Source: Candidatus Xenobia bacterium (lineage in GTDB: Bacteria; Vulcanimicrobiota; Xenobia; Xenobiales; QWHO01). From it: a stretch of DNA of 41,716 nt. The notes beneath the pieces are model-generated. The model saw only the letters and a program-made list of their open reading frames with translations, did no database searches and had not been told where the DNA came from. The position numbers were made by a program, and so were the translations under genes. The number at the start of each line of letters is the position of its first letter. The first letter of the stretch is position 1. The DNA is taken from NCBI GenBank assembly GCA_045863235.1, contig BTUM01000070.1, forward strand, positions 1 to 41,716, read 5' to 3'. Shown here in pieces: positions 25,909 through 37,883 of this stretch.

Positions 25909-26733
25909 ATGAAACTCGTACCTTTCAACACCCGTCTCAAGACTGCGCGCCAGATGCTGAAACTAACGCAGGCAGAGCTGGCCGAGCGGGCCCAGATGAG
26001 GCGCCATCGACTTGCGGACCTGGAGCAGGGAAGACGTTTCCCCACTCCCCAGGAGGTAGCCAGACTCACCCGAGCGCTGCGGCTCCCTCCGGGCGCTCTG
26101 GAGGCCACCGAGCCTCCCAGTCGCGCAGTCAGCCAGGCGCACCGGCTCTTTGGCTCGCGCCTGCCCGACCCGAAGCCGGAGCGAGCGCGCCCCACATGGA
26201 TCCGGCTGCTGCACGCCAGCCGATGTCACCGCCAGCTCTACCTCTGGCTGACCAAACCCGTGCGCCAGCGCACAGACTACCCGCTCGTGCGAAGGTTCCT
26301 GCGCGAGGCCGTGAGCGATTCGCGTTTCGAAGTGCTGGCCTGGTTGCATCTGCTCAAGCACAACCTGAAGACCGAGTGGCTCGCACCGCTGCGCTGCAGT
26401 TTTCGCACACATCCGGTCTTCGACGGGCGCTCCAGCGGCGATCTGCGCTGGCCGGCCCTGGTGGGCACGGATCCGTTTCCGGTGGTGCTCTTCCCGCAAC
26501 TCCCCCTGCTCGTGCCTGGCGGGCCACGCCGGCTGGACCTGCTGATCGGGGTCCGCTTGAGCCGCAAGCGCACTGTGTGGGCCAACGGCGAGGTGGACGG
26601 ACCTCTCCACGATGCAGCCGACGATGCCGAGCGCACGGTCCAGATCGCGCTCCCGCGACTGGAGATGGGTCGCCAGGACATCCTCTCGCCCGACTTCGTG
26701 GACCGGCTCTGGCAGCGTTTGAGCGAGCTCTGA
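25909..26733 (+). CDS. XRE-family HTH fused to a DUF559/Vsr-like nuclease-fold domain
   Basis: RLKTARQMLKLTQAELAERA..LEQGRRFP HTH; then S.FE...W..L, PQ..RLDLL..EVDGPLH..D..R. Confidence 0.75.
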   Translation: MKLVPFNTRLKTARQMLKLTQAELAERAQMRRHRLADLEQGRRFPTPQEVARLTRALRLPPGALEATEPPSRAVSQAHRLFGSRLPDPKPERARPTWIRLLHASRCHRQLYLWLTKPVRQRTDYPLVRRFLREAVSDSRFEVLAWLHLLKHNLKTEWLAPLRCSFRTHPVFDGRSSGDLRWPALVGTDPFPVVLFPQLPLLVPGGPRRLDLLIGVRLSRKRTVWANGEVDGPLHDAADDAERTVQIALPRLEMGRQDILSPDFVDRLWQRLSEL

Positions 26734-26789
26734 GAGGGAAAGCCTGCTGCGGCGAGAACCTCGTTTGCTCAGCAAAGGAGATGCCTACC

Positions 26790-28148
26790 ATGCCGCAGAT
26801 TGAAGAGAAGAAGAACGTGCGTGAAGACCTGATGGAACGGATCGTGTCCCTGTGCCGCCGGCGCGGGTTCATCTACCCGGGCTCGGAGATCTACGGTGGC
26901 CTCGCCAACTGCTGGGATTACGGGCCGCTCGGCTCCCAGCTCAAGAAGAACGTGAAAGACCTCTGGTGGCGCACCGTCGTGCAAGAGCGCGACGACATGG
27001 TGGGGTTGGACGCCGCCATCTTGATGCACCCGCGCACCTGGGAGGCCTCCGGGCACGTGGGCAACTTCTCCGACCCGCTGGTGGACTGTAAGAAGTGCAA
27101 GCAGCGCTTCCGGGCCGACCAGATGGAGGAGGCCGCCAAGTGCCCCGAGGGCGGCCAGCACGAGTTCACCGAGGTGCGCCAGTTCAACTTGATGTTCCAG
27201 ACCCAGATGGGCGTGGTGCAGGACGAGACTTCCAGCGTCTACCTGCGCCCCGAGACGGCTCAGGGCATCTTCGTCAACTTCAAGAACGTGCAGACCAGCT
27301 CGCGCAAGAAGCTGCCCTTCGGCATCGCTCAGATCGGCAAGTCCTTCCGCAACGAGATCACGCCCCGCCGCTTCACCTTCCGCACGCGCGAGTTCGAGCA
27401 GATGGAGATCGAGTATTTCGTGCGTCCCGAGGAGGCCGACGCCAGCTTCAAGGATTGGGTCGATCAGCGCCACCGCTGGTATCTCGACTACGGCATCAAG
27501 GCGGACAACCTGCGTCTGCGGGCCCACGGGGCCGACGAGTTGGCCCACTACGCCAAGGGCTGCTTCGATATCGAGTACATGTTCCCGTGGGGCTGGTCCG
27601 AGCTCGAGGGCATCGCCAACCGAACTGACTTCGACCTGAGCCAGCACATGAAGTTCTCGGGCAAGGACCTGAAGTACTTCGACGAGGAGACCAAGGAGCA
27701 CGTCACCCCCTGGGTGATCGAGCCCTCGGGCGGCGTGGACCGCGCCGTTCTGGCCTTCCTGGTGGACTCCTACGACGAGGACGAGACGGTCACTGCCAAA
27801 GGCGAAAAGGACACCCGCGTGGTGCTGCGCCTGCACCCCCAGTTGGCGCCGGTTCAGGTGGCCGTGCTGCCGCTGCAGAAAAACAAGCCCGAGCTGGTGG
27901 AGCTCTCCCAGAAGCTCTACAAAAGCTTGCGCCTGCACTTTCTGGCCGACTGGGACGGCACCGGCCAGATCGGCAAGCGCTATCGTCGCTACGACGAGGT
28001 GGGCTGTCCGTTCTGCGTGACCGTCGACTTCGACTCGCTGGAGGACAAGGCGGTCACCGTGCGCGACCGGGACAGCATGGCCCAGGAGCGCATCCCGCTC
28101 GACCAGATCTTCGACTACCTGCGCAAGAAGGTCTTCTGCCGCGAATGA
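26790..28148 (+). CDS. glyS: Glycine--tRNA ligase, alpha2 (homodimeric) type
   Basis: SEIYGG, DYGPLG, WEASGH, LRPETAQGIF, GKSFRNEITP, FRTREFEQME, IGKRYRRYDEVG. AAGGAG RBS. Confidence 0.97.
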   Translation: MPQIEEKKNVREDLMERIVSLCRRRGFIYPGSEIYGGLANCWDYGPLGSQLKKNVKDLWWRTVVQERDDMVGLDAAILMHPRTWEASGHVGNFSDPLVDCKKCKQRFRADQMEEAAKCPEGGQHEFTEVRQFNLMFQTQMGVVQDETSSVYLRPETAQGIFVNFKNVQTSSRKKLPFGIAQIGKSFRNEITPRRFTFRTREFEQMEIEYFVRPEEADASFKDWVDQRHRWYLDYGIKADNLRLRAHGADELAHYAKGCFDIEYMFPWGWSELEGIANRTDFDLSQHMKFSGKDLKYFDEETKEHVTPWVIEPSGGVDRAVLAFLVDSYDEDETVTAKGEKDTRVVLRLHPQLAPVQVAVLPLQKNKPELVELSQKLYKSLRLHFLADWDGTGQIGKRYRRYDEVGCPFCVTVDFDSLEDKAVTVRDRDSMAQERIPLDQIFDYLRKKVFCRE

Positions 28149-28789
28149 CCGCTGACGAGGTCCTCACCACCACCCGCTCGGTGCGCAAGCGTCTCGACTT
28201 CGACCGGCCCGTGCCCCGCGAGGTGATCGAGGAGTGCCTGGAGATCGCCGTCCAGGCGCCCAGCGGCTCCAACCGCCAGACCTGGTCCTTCCTGGTGCTC
28301 ACCGATCCCGAGCCCAAGAGGGTGGTGGCTGAGGCTTACCGGAAGGCCTTTCATGTCTACGCCACCCAGATCTTCCCGTCCATGGCGAGCTTTCCCCCGG
28401 AAGACCCGCGCACCAGGCAGGCCCCGGCCATGACCGAGTCGGCCATGTACCTGGCCCAGCGCATGCATGAGGTGCCCGTCATGGTCATCCCCTGCATCGA
28501 AGGCAAGCTCGACCGGGCGACACTGCTGGAAGCAGCGGGACAGTGGGGCAGCATCGCTCCAGCCACCTGGTCGTTCATGCTGGCCCTGCGTGCGCGTGGC
28601 CTGGGCTCCACCTGGACCATCCTGCACCTGATGTTCGAGCAAGAAGTCTCCCGAGCCCTGGGAATTCCCGAGGGGGTCAGCCAGACGGCCCTGCTTCCGG
28701 TCGCTTACACTAAGGGCACCGACTTCAAAAAGGCCGGACGCATTCCCGCCAGCCAGCTCACTTCTTGGAATTGCTGGGGGCAGCGCTGA
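28145..28789 (+). CDS. Nitroreductase family protein
   Basis: TTRSVRKR, QAPSGSNRQTW, LALRARGLGSTWT; ATGA overlap with glyS. Confidence 0.92.
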   Translation: MTADEVLTTTRSVRKRLDFDRPVPREVIEECLEIAVQAPSGSNRQTWSFLVLTDPEPKRVVAEAYRKAFHVYATQIFPSMASFPPEDPRTRQAPAMTESAMYLAQRMHEVPVMVIPCIEGKLDRATLLEAAGQWGSIAPATWSFMLALRARGLGSTWTILHLMFEQEVSRALGIPEGVSQTALLPVAYTKGTDFKKAGRIPASQLTSWNCWGQR

Positions 28790-30728
28790 GGGCTTCGAGC
28801 CGCTTACGGGCCTCCGGGACATCATCATCCTCAGGGTCCCGGCTCAAGAACTCGCGATAGCCCTTGATGGCCTCGGCCTTCTTGCCCCGAGCATCGTCGA
28901 GCTGAGCCTGGCGAAGCACAAGGTAGGTCTCCTCGGGACTGAGCTTGCGGGCCGCGGCCAGATCCGCCTCGGCCTCGCCATAACGCTTGAGAGCCAGATA
29001 GGCGAAGGCGCGAGTGTCCAGCGTCCGCGCCCGAAGCGAGCTCGAAGGCTTGAGCGCCAGGGCGGCGGTGGCCTCCTGAACCGCCTGTTCGTAATGGCCG
29101 GTCAGAGCCTGGTACCAGGCCCGGTGATTGCGTACTCCGGCCCGCTGCTCATCATTCTTGCACAGCTTCAGGGCGCGCTCCCAGTCTTGCCCGGCCAGAG
29201 CCAGCTGACCGGCTTGCTGGTAAGCCTGGGCGCGCTCGATCAGCACCCGATCAGGGGACTTCAGGTGCGAGAAACACTCCACGGCCAGCGCTGGCTCGTC
29301 AAAGTGAAGCGCCAACCGGCCGGCCAGTTCCCAGGCGGCCGGCTCGGGGGGCAGGCTCTTCAACTCGGAACGAAGCGATTTGGCCGAGTCGACCGCGCCC
29401 AGCCGTCGCTGCCAGTCGGGCAGGCTCAGGCGGGCGGTAGCCAGGACGGAGTCCAGAAGGCTCCGGGCTTCCCGCTCGCTTCCCGCCCCCGCCAGCACGA
29501 CCAGGGCCTCGCCCCCGGCCAGCGTGACGGCGCCCACCATGGACAGGTCCTTGTTGTCAGCTCGGAACAGTAGCCAGGGCCAAGCGTCGACCGTGCGCGG
29601 ACCGATTCGGCTGGTGCGAGGAACCAGGGGTTCGAGCTTCAGGGAACGCTCGGGTGTGGACTCAAAGACCAGAATCCCCAGGGGCCCCACCAGCGCCCCA
29701 TCGCGGGGCTGCATGGTCACCGGCACCTGCACCGTCAGCGGTCCCAACTGGTGGGGACGGGTGGCCGTCACGGGGTGGAGAGCGTGATACAGCACGATGA
29801 GCTCGACCAGAAAGGGGAGCGCGCCCACCACGGCGAGCGCTGGCGCAAGCCAGGGAGGGCGAGGCCGAAAGATGGTAGGAACCAGCGCCCCAAACAGAGC
29901 CCCCGCCACGAGGCCGCCCAGGTGGGCGGCATGGCCGATGTTGGGGACAGACAGCCCCACCCCGACGTTGAGGGCCAGGTTGATCAAGGCGCTCTTTCGC
30001 ATCGAAAGGGCCACCGCCCGCGGCAGGTCGGACTTGAGGCTGAGCACACCGGCCGATCCGAAAAGCCCGAAGATGGCTCCCGAGGCTCCAGCGGCGATGA
30101 CGTCGGGCATGAAGACCTGGGAGGCCAGGCTGCCTGAGAACCCGGCCAGGGCGTACAGCCCCAGAAAGGGCCCGGTGCCGTAGAAGCGCTCGATCTGGCG
30201 TCCGAGCACCCAGAGCGCCAGCATGTTGACCGCCAGGTGGGTCAGGCCGATGTGCAGGAACGTGCTGCCCACCAGGCGCCACCATTCGCCGGCCTGAATC
30301 AAGGCTCCGTTGGCGGCTCCGAAGCGCAGCAGCACGAGAGCGCTGGTGCTGCCTCCGCTCAAGGTCATGACCCCGAACAGAGCCACACAGACGGCGATCA
30401 GCACTGGCGTTGCGGGAGCCCGGGCGGCCGCGTATTTCTCGCTGAAGTCGAAATAGCGGGCAAACTCGCGGCTCTCGCCGGAATCGACCCAGACCTGGTG
30501 GACCGACTTGAGCCACTCGGCAATCTCAGGCAAATGCGCCTGAGTCTTGCCGGTGGCCAGGTCGAGACAGGTGAATCCGGGCGGCAGAGCGGCCACGGGG
30601 CCCGAGAAGATCAGCACCCGATCGAGCGGATATTCCTCGGGGGTCAGCCCGTCAGCGTCCACCAGGGACAGTTGCTGGCCCTCGATCTCAGGGAAGGAGG
30701 CCAGGAACGCCTGGGCAGGAGTGGGCAT
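28758..30728 (-). CDS. Rhomboid intramembrane protease with C-terminal TPR repeats
   Basis: EWWRL, FLHIGLTHLAVN, GASGAIFG, AHLGGL; TPR-like tail (NHRAW, LDTRAFAY). Confidence 0.9.
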   Translation of the reverse strand: MPTPAQAFLASFPEIEGQQLSLVDADGLTPEEYPLDRVLIFSGPVAALPPGFTCLDLATGKTQAHLPEIAEWLKSVHQVWVDSGESREFARYFDFSEKYAAARAPATPVLIAVCVALFGVMTLSGGSTSALVLLRFGAANGALIQAGEWWRLVGSTFLHIGLTHLAVNMLALWVLGRQIERFYGTGPFLGLYALAGFSGSLASQVFMPDVIAAGASGAIFGLFGSAGVLSLKSDLPRAVALSMRKSALINLALNVGVGLSVPNIGHAAHLGGLVAGALFGALVPTIFRPRPPWLAPALAVVGALPFLVELIVLYHALHPVTATRPHQLGPLTVQVPVTMQPRDGALVGPLGILVFESTPERSLKLEPLVPRTSRIGPRTVDAWPWLLFRADNKDLSMVGAVTLAGGEALVVLAGAGSEREARSLLDSVLATARLSLPDWQRRLGAVDSAKSLRSELKSLPPEPAAWELAGRLALHFDEPALAVECFSHLKSPDRVLIERAQAYQQAGQLALAGQDWERALKLCKNDEQRAGVRNHRAWYQALTGHYEQAVQEATAALALKPSSSLRARTLDTRAFAYLALKRYGEAEADLAAARKLSPEETYLVLRQAQLDDARGKKAEAIKGYREFLSRDPEDDDVPEARKRLEALSAAPSNSKK

Positions 30729-30764
30729 TGAGACGAGTTCTGGTCGCCGGCAGGGGAACCTGCC

Positions 30765-31067
30765 TCAGGCAGCCCGTTGAGCAGGCTTGTAGGGGGCCCA
30801 GTCCTCTCGCTCGGATTGCTCGAACCGGTCAGCGTTGGCTTCCGGTCCCTTTCTGATGAGCCGAACCGTGTGGTCGAGCTGGGTGTCCTTGAAGTCGGTG
30901 GCGCGGCCCTGATCAGGCTTCAAACCGGTGAACTCGGCCTTGATCCGCTCCTGTGTCCGGGCCATCCACTTGCCCGCGGCGTGAGCCCGTTGCACACCCG
31001 GCAGCCGATCGATGAGCTCGGCCCCTCGGCCGATGAATCCGTTCCAGGCATTCTTGAGTCCATCCAT
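30765..31067 (-). CDS. Hypothetical protein (100 aa)
   Basis: ATG 31067 with GAGGAG RBS, MDGLKNAWNGFIGRG...; it is the distal part of the long ORF antisense to ppdK and fills the intergenic gap. Confidence 0.6.
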   Translation of the reverse strand: MDGLKNAWNGFIGRGAELIDRLPGVQRAHAAGKWMARTQERIKAEFTGLKPDQGRATDFKDTQLDHTVRLIRKGPEANADRFEQSEREDWAPYKPAQRAA

Positions 31068-31244
31068 CTTCTTGCTCCTCGCTTTCTGGTGACTGATCTC
31101 AGAATAACCGGGCTCGAGCGAGCGTTCAGTGACATTTGGTACCGATAGTTTGTTCGATCCATGCAGGAACCGGCGGCGCCATTCGGGTATATCCGCAGGT
31201 CGCCGGCCTGAAAAGCCCGCCGGGACAGGGAAAGGAGACTCCCA

Positions 31245-34151
<2,907 letters not shown>

Positions 34152-34171
34152 GCCCTTCGTCACCGCTCAAC

Positions 34172-34214
34172 AGAAGATGGCCGGCTCCACTGCAAGTGGG
34201 CCGGCCATTTTCTT
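34172..34214 (+). terminator. Hairpin/terminator after ppdK
   Basis: AGAAGATGGCCGGC.CCAC-loop-GTGGGCCGGCCATTTTCT. Confidence 0.8.
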
Positions 34215-34255
34215 GGCGCAAGGGAGTCCGGAGGGCAGGGGAGGAAGACTTTGAC

Positions 34256-34489
34256 ATGCCAGAGGAAGGATGGAAGATCTGCGCTCTTTGCCGCAATCTC
34301 GAGGTGCTCGAGCAGGGGCGCGAGTTCGAGCAGATCGCTGATACCGAGTTCATCGTGTTTCGCTGCAAGGTCTTCAACTGGACCAGTCGGGAAGACTTCC
34401 TGATGAAGCCTCCTTCGGGCAAGCTCGAAGAGACCGAGCCACCTTTCGACTGCCCCCACTTCGAGCCGTGGAAGCGACCGGCCGACTGA
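34256..34489 (+). CDS. Small Cys-containing hypothetical protein (77 aa)
   Basis: GGGAGGAA RBS, ATG 34256; CALC...C...CPHF; present only as the tail of a longer track ORF. Confidence 0.7.
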   Translation: MPEEGWKICALCRNLEVLEQGREFEQIADTEFIVFRCKVFNWTSREDFLMKPPSGKLEETEPPFDCPHFEPWKRPAD

Positions 34490-35100
34490 GCCGGCCCTGG
34501 GCCACCTATGGCCTGGCCGGCTTGCTGGTGGCGGTGTTTCTGGCCGACCTGGCCAGCCACGGATGGCTCTTGCATCACGGCAAGCGCGACGTGGTGATCT
34601 TCTTCCTCAAGCCCGAGCCTCACCGCATGCTGACCTCGATCTTCCTGCACGGGAACTGGCTTCACCTGGTGATGAACACCCTGGCCCTGGTGACCCTGGG
34701 CGTGCTGATCGAGGAGCTGGTGGGCTGGTGGATGGTGCTGCTGGTCTTTGTTTACTGCGGCGTGGCGGGCAACCTGGTCTCGGCCGAGTTCGGACCCGAG
34801 TCGCGAGGGGTGGGCGCTTCGGGAGGCCTGGCCGGCCTGTTCGGGCTGCTGGTCATGCTGATGGTCCGCCGGGTTTACCGGGCCAGTCGCGAGCAGGCCC
34901 TGATGATGCTGGTCGTCTTTGCGCTGGCGGTGGGGATGGCCTTCCAGCCTCTGCCCATCGACAACTACGCCCACCTGGGCGGCTTTCTGGCCGGGGTCGT
35001 GCTGGGAGCCTTCGCCCGCCGGGGGGGGATGCACCCGGCCGGTTGGGCGCTCGCAGGCGCGGCTCTGGCCTGGCTCTGGTGGCGGTTATCTATTCCTTAG
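34468..35100 (+). CDS. Rhomboid intramembrane serine protease
   Basis: FLHGNWLHLVMN, GASGG, DNYAHLGGF; about six TM segments. Confidence 0.9.
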   Translation: MEATGRLSRPWATYGLAGLLVAVFLADLASHGWLLHHGKRDVVIFFLKPEPHRMLTSIFLHGNWLHLVMNTLALVTLGVLIEELVGWWMVLLVFVYCGVAGNLVSAEFGPESRGVGASGGLAGLFGLLVMLMVRRVYRASREQALMMLVVFALAVGMAFQPLPIDNYAHLGGFLAGVVLGAFARRGGMHPAGWALAGAALAWLWWRLSIP

Positions 35101-36109
35101 ACCAGTCGGGGATGATGGTGGGCGTGAGATAGAAACCGGCCGACTGCGTCTGACCGCCCGAGGAGCCGCCCAGGATGACCGACCAGGCATTGATGCGATC
35201 CTTTTCGCCATAGCCTCGTCCGGCGACCCCTCCGCCGGCGCGGCTGGTGTTCTGGGAGCTGCCGCTGAGCATGATGGAGTCTCCCGACTTGAGGCTCACC
35301 GTGCTGGCGGCCTCGGAGAAGACGATCTGGCCAGGCCCCTGGCCGCTCTGATAGCTGAGCCATGGCGCTACCTGCACGGTGACCACGTCGCCCACCACGC
35401 GAGGCCTGACCACGAAGCCGGTGGTGACGTTCTGAAAGATCACGCCGGCGGGAAGTAGCCCGTACTGCTGGGCCAGGCCCCAGTAGGGCTGAACGTAGGT
35501 CAACTGGCGCCCCACCTCGATGCGCCCTTCCTCGCCGCTCATCACCATCAGGCTCTGCTCGCCCGAGGAGGTCTGCGAGGAGCTTCCCGAACTCACCTGA
35601 TAGGGATAGCCCGTGACCCGGGTGGAGCCATCGGGGTTGGTCTGTCCCACGACCCCCCCGGACAGGGTGGTACCATCACCGGTCGTCTGGCCCGTGAAAC
35701 GGATCTTGATCATCACCTGGGGGGCGGCCACGTCGATGGCCTGGATCATCTTCTCGATCTGGCCCAGCACCTCGGGCGTGTCGCGCACGATCAGCTTGTT
35801 GGTCTGGTCGTCGCTGAGCACGGTGCCGGCAGGGCTCAACAGCGGGCGAACGGATTGGGCGGCCGAGGCGGCCGGTCGGTTGCTCAGTTGAAAGACCCGG
35901 ATCTCAGTCGGCTGGCCAAAGGCCAGCGAGGTGAGCATCAGGGCGATCAGGAGCGCAGCCGGAAAGCCCTTGGACAAGGTTTGCAGGCTGCGCGACGCCC
36001 AACGGATTGTGCTTGATGTCCGGCCGCCTGCAGCATCCTGTGGCGAAGGTTCCCTCCGACACCACAGGGGGGTTTGCGGTCGGACTTCAAGCAGGCTTCG
36101 TTTCAGCAT
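35090..36109 (-). CDS. Secretin N-domain (NolW-like) / short secretin-like exported protein; start uncertain
   Basis: VFQLSNRPA..VRPLLS..TNKLIVRD..IEKMIQAIDVAAPQVMI N3-type motif and beta-rich C-terminus (TTGFVVRPRV). Start at ATG 36109 or TTG 35977. Confidence 0.75.
   Translation of the reverse strand: MLKRSLLEVRPQTPLWCRREPSPQDAAGGRTSSTIRWASRSLQTLSKGFPAALLIALMLTSLAFGQPTEIRVFQLSNRPAASAAQSVRPLLSPAGTVLSDDQTNKLIVRDTPEVLGQIEKMIQAIDVAAPQVMIKIRFTGQTTGDGTTLSGGVVGQTNPDGSTRVTGYPYQVSSGSSSQTSSGEQSLMVMSGEEGRIEVGRQLTYVQPYWGLAQQYGLLPAGVIFQNVTTGFVVRPRVVGDVVTVQVAPWLSYQSGQGPGQIVFSEAASTVSLKSGDSIMLSGSSQNTSRAGGGVAGRGYGEKDRINAWSVILGGSSGGQTQSAGFYLTPTIIPDWSKE
35983..36097. repeat. Palindromic MITE/REP-like element with flanking direct repeat
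   Basis: 17-bp imperfect inverted repeats at 36011-36027 and 36076-36092, inner CCTGTGG/CCACAGG; GCAGGCT at 35983 and 36091. Confidence 0.6.
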
Positions 36110-36330
36110 GCCCCCAGTATAGCAGACTCCCGCCGTGGGCGAGATCACAGCTTGACCCGGCCCCGATCCCCATTCGAACCAGGCCACCCAAACTGGCGTT
36201 CGAAAGGAAGATTGAGGAATTTTCCGAAAATCTGATCCTTACCGAGTCTTGAGGGACGTCGTGCGACGGGCGCGCGGCGGTTGCGAGCAGAACGAGCTCG
36301 AGACCACGAGTTTCTCCCGTGGAGCCCTCC

Positions 36331-37872
36331 ATGCCAGCCACGCTGCTCTCCAGCACTCTGCTCGGAATCGATTCCATCCTGGTCCACGTGGAAGTGGATG
36401 TTTCCAGCGGCATCCCGTCCTACCACGTGGTGGGGCTGCCCGACGCCTCGGTCTCGGAATCCTGCGAGCGCGTACGCTCGGCCCTGCGCAACAGCGGCTC
36501 GCCGATTCCCTCGCGCCGGGTCACCGTCAACCTGTCCCCGGGCGACATCCGCAAGGAAGGCCCCCGCTTCGACCTGGCCATCGCGCTCGGCGTACTCTGT
36601 GCCGACGAGCCCGAGCTGGCCAGCCTGCTGCGAGGAACCCTGGTGCTGGGAGAGCTCTCCCTGGACGGAGGCCTGAGACCTGTGCGCGGGGTGCTGTCGG
36701 CCGCCATGGAGGCTCGTCGCCACGGCCTCAAGAGGTTGCTGATTCCGGTGGGCAATGTCGCTGAGGCACGCCTGGTGGACGGGCTGGCGGTGCTCGGAGT
36801 GCTCAGCTTGCGACACGCCCGCGAAGTGGCCGCTGGCCGAGCCGAGCCGACCGAACCTGCGGCACGGGCCAGGCCAGGCCCGGCTCCCCCACCCGACCTG
36901 GCGCTGGTCAAGGGTCAACTGGCCGCCCGACGGGCGCTGGAGGTTGCCGCCGCCGGCAGCCATCACCTGGTCATGGTGGGTCCACCTGGCTCGGGCAAGA
37001 CCCTGCTGGCCAGTTGCCTGCCCGGTCTGCTTCCCCCCCTGACCAGCGAGGAAGCCCTCGAGGTGACCCGCATCCATTCGGTCAAACGGCTCGAATGCGG
37101 GCTCATCACCGAGCGCCCGTTCCGCAGCCCCGACCCCAGCGTGAGCCGGGCCGGCCTGCTGGGCAGCCTCCTGCCGGGCGAGGTGACCCTGGCTCATCGG
37201 GGGGTGCTGTTTCTCGACGAGTTCCCGGAAATGCGGCGCGATTGCCTGGAGGGTCTGCGCTCGCCGCTCGAGGGAGGACGGGTGGCCATCGCCCGGGCCA
37301 ACTTCCGGGCGACCTATCCGGCGCGCTTTGCCCTGGTTGCGGCCATGAACCCCTGCCCCTGCGGCTATCTCGGTGACCGTCAACGGGCCTGTCGCTGCAG
37401 TCCCTTCCAACGCCAGCGTTACCAGGGGCGCTTCTCAGGACCGCTGCGCGACCGCATCGACCTGCAGGTGGAGGTGGCCCGCCTCTCCCCGGGCGAGCTG
37501 GTGCGGGCCCAGGCGGGCGAGTGCACGGCCCGGGTGCGCCAGCGCGTGCTCGCGGCGCGCGACAGGCAGCAGCGTCGGGGGGTCTTGAACTCGCAGCTCG
37601 AAGGACTCCATCTGGCCGAGCACTGCTGGCTGGATGACCGCAGCGCCGACTTCCTGGAGCTGGCCGTGCGCCGCTTCGGACTGAGCGCCCGGGTCTACGA
37701 CCGGGTCAGGCGTATCGCGCGCACCCTGGCCGATCTGCGTGAGAGCGAGAAGGTGGAGGCCTGCGACCTGGCCGAGGCCCTCGAATACCGCTATCTCGAC
37801 CGAGAGCTCGAGCCCGAGGTGGACAGGACACCCCTGGATCGAGCCGAAGGGAGCCAGAAATCGTGCGCTTGA
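36331..37872 (+). CDS. comM: YifB/ComM family Mg-chelatase-like AAA+ ATPase
   Basis: VVGLPD..ERVRSAL, VNLSPGDIRKEG, DL..VKGQ, GPPGSGKT, LAHRGVLFLDE, AAMNPCPCG, ARTLADL. Confidence 0.9.
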   Translation: MPATLLSSTLLGIDSILVHVEVDVSSGIPSYHVVGLPDASVSESCERVRSALRNSGSPIPSRRVTVNLSPGDIRKEGPRFDLAIALGVLCADEPELASLLRGTLVLGELSLDGGLRPVRGVLSAAMEARRHGLKRLLIPVGNVAEARLVDGLAVLGVLSLRHAREVAAGRAEPTEPAARARPGPAPPPDLALVKGQLAARRALEVAAAGSHHLVMVGPPGSGKTLLASCLPGLLPPLTSEEALEVTRIHSVKRLECGLITERPFRSPDPSVSRAGLLGSLLPGEVTLAHRGVLFLDEFPEMRRDCLEGLRSPLEGGRVAIARANFRATYPARFALVAAMNPCPCGYLGDRQRACRCSPFQRQRYQGRFSGPLRDRIDLQVEVARLSPGELVRAQAGECTARVRQRVLAARDRQQRRGVLNSQLEGLHLAEHCWLDDRSADFLELAVRRFGLSARVYDRVRRIARTLADLRESEKVEACDLAEALEYRYLDRELEPEVDRTPLDRAEGSQKSCA

Positions 37873-37883
37873 GGTCTCGTTTC

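Noticed and set aside
26196..26789. N-terminal extension of GlyRS
   Set aside because: Overlaps the HTH gene in another frame; the RBS and homology begin at 26790.
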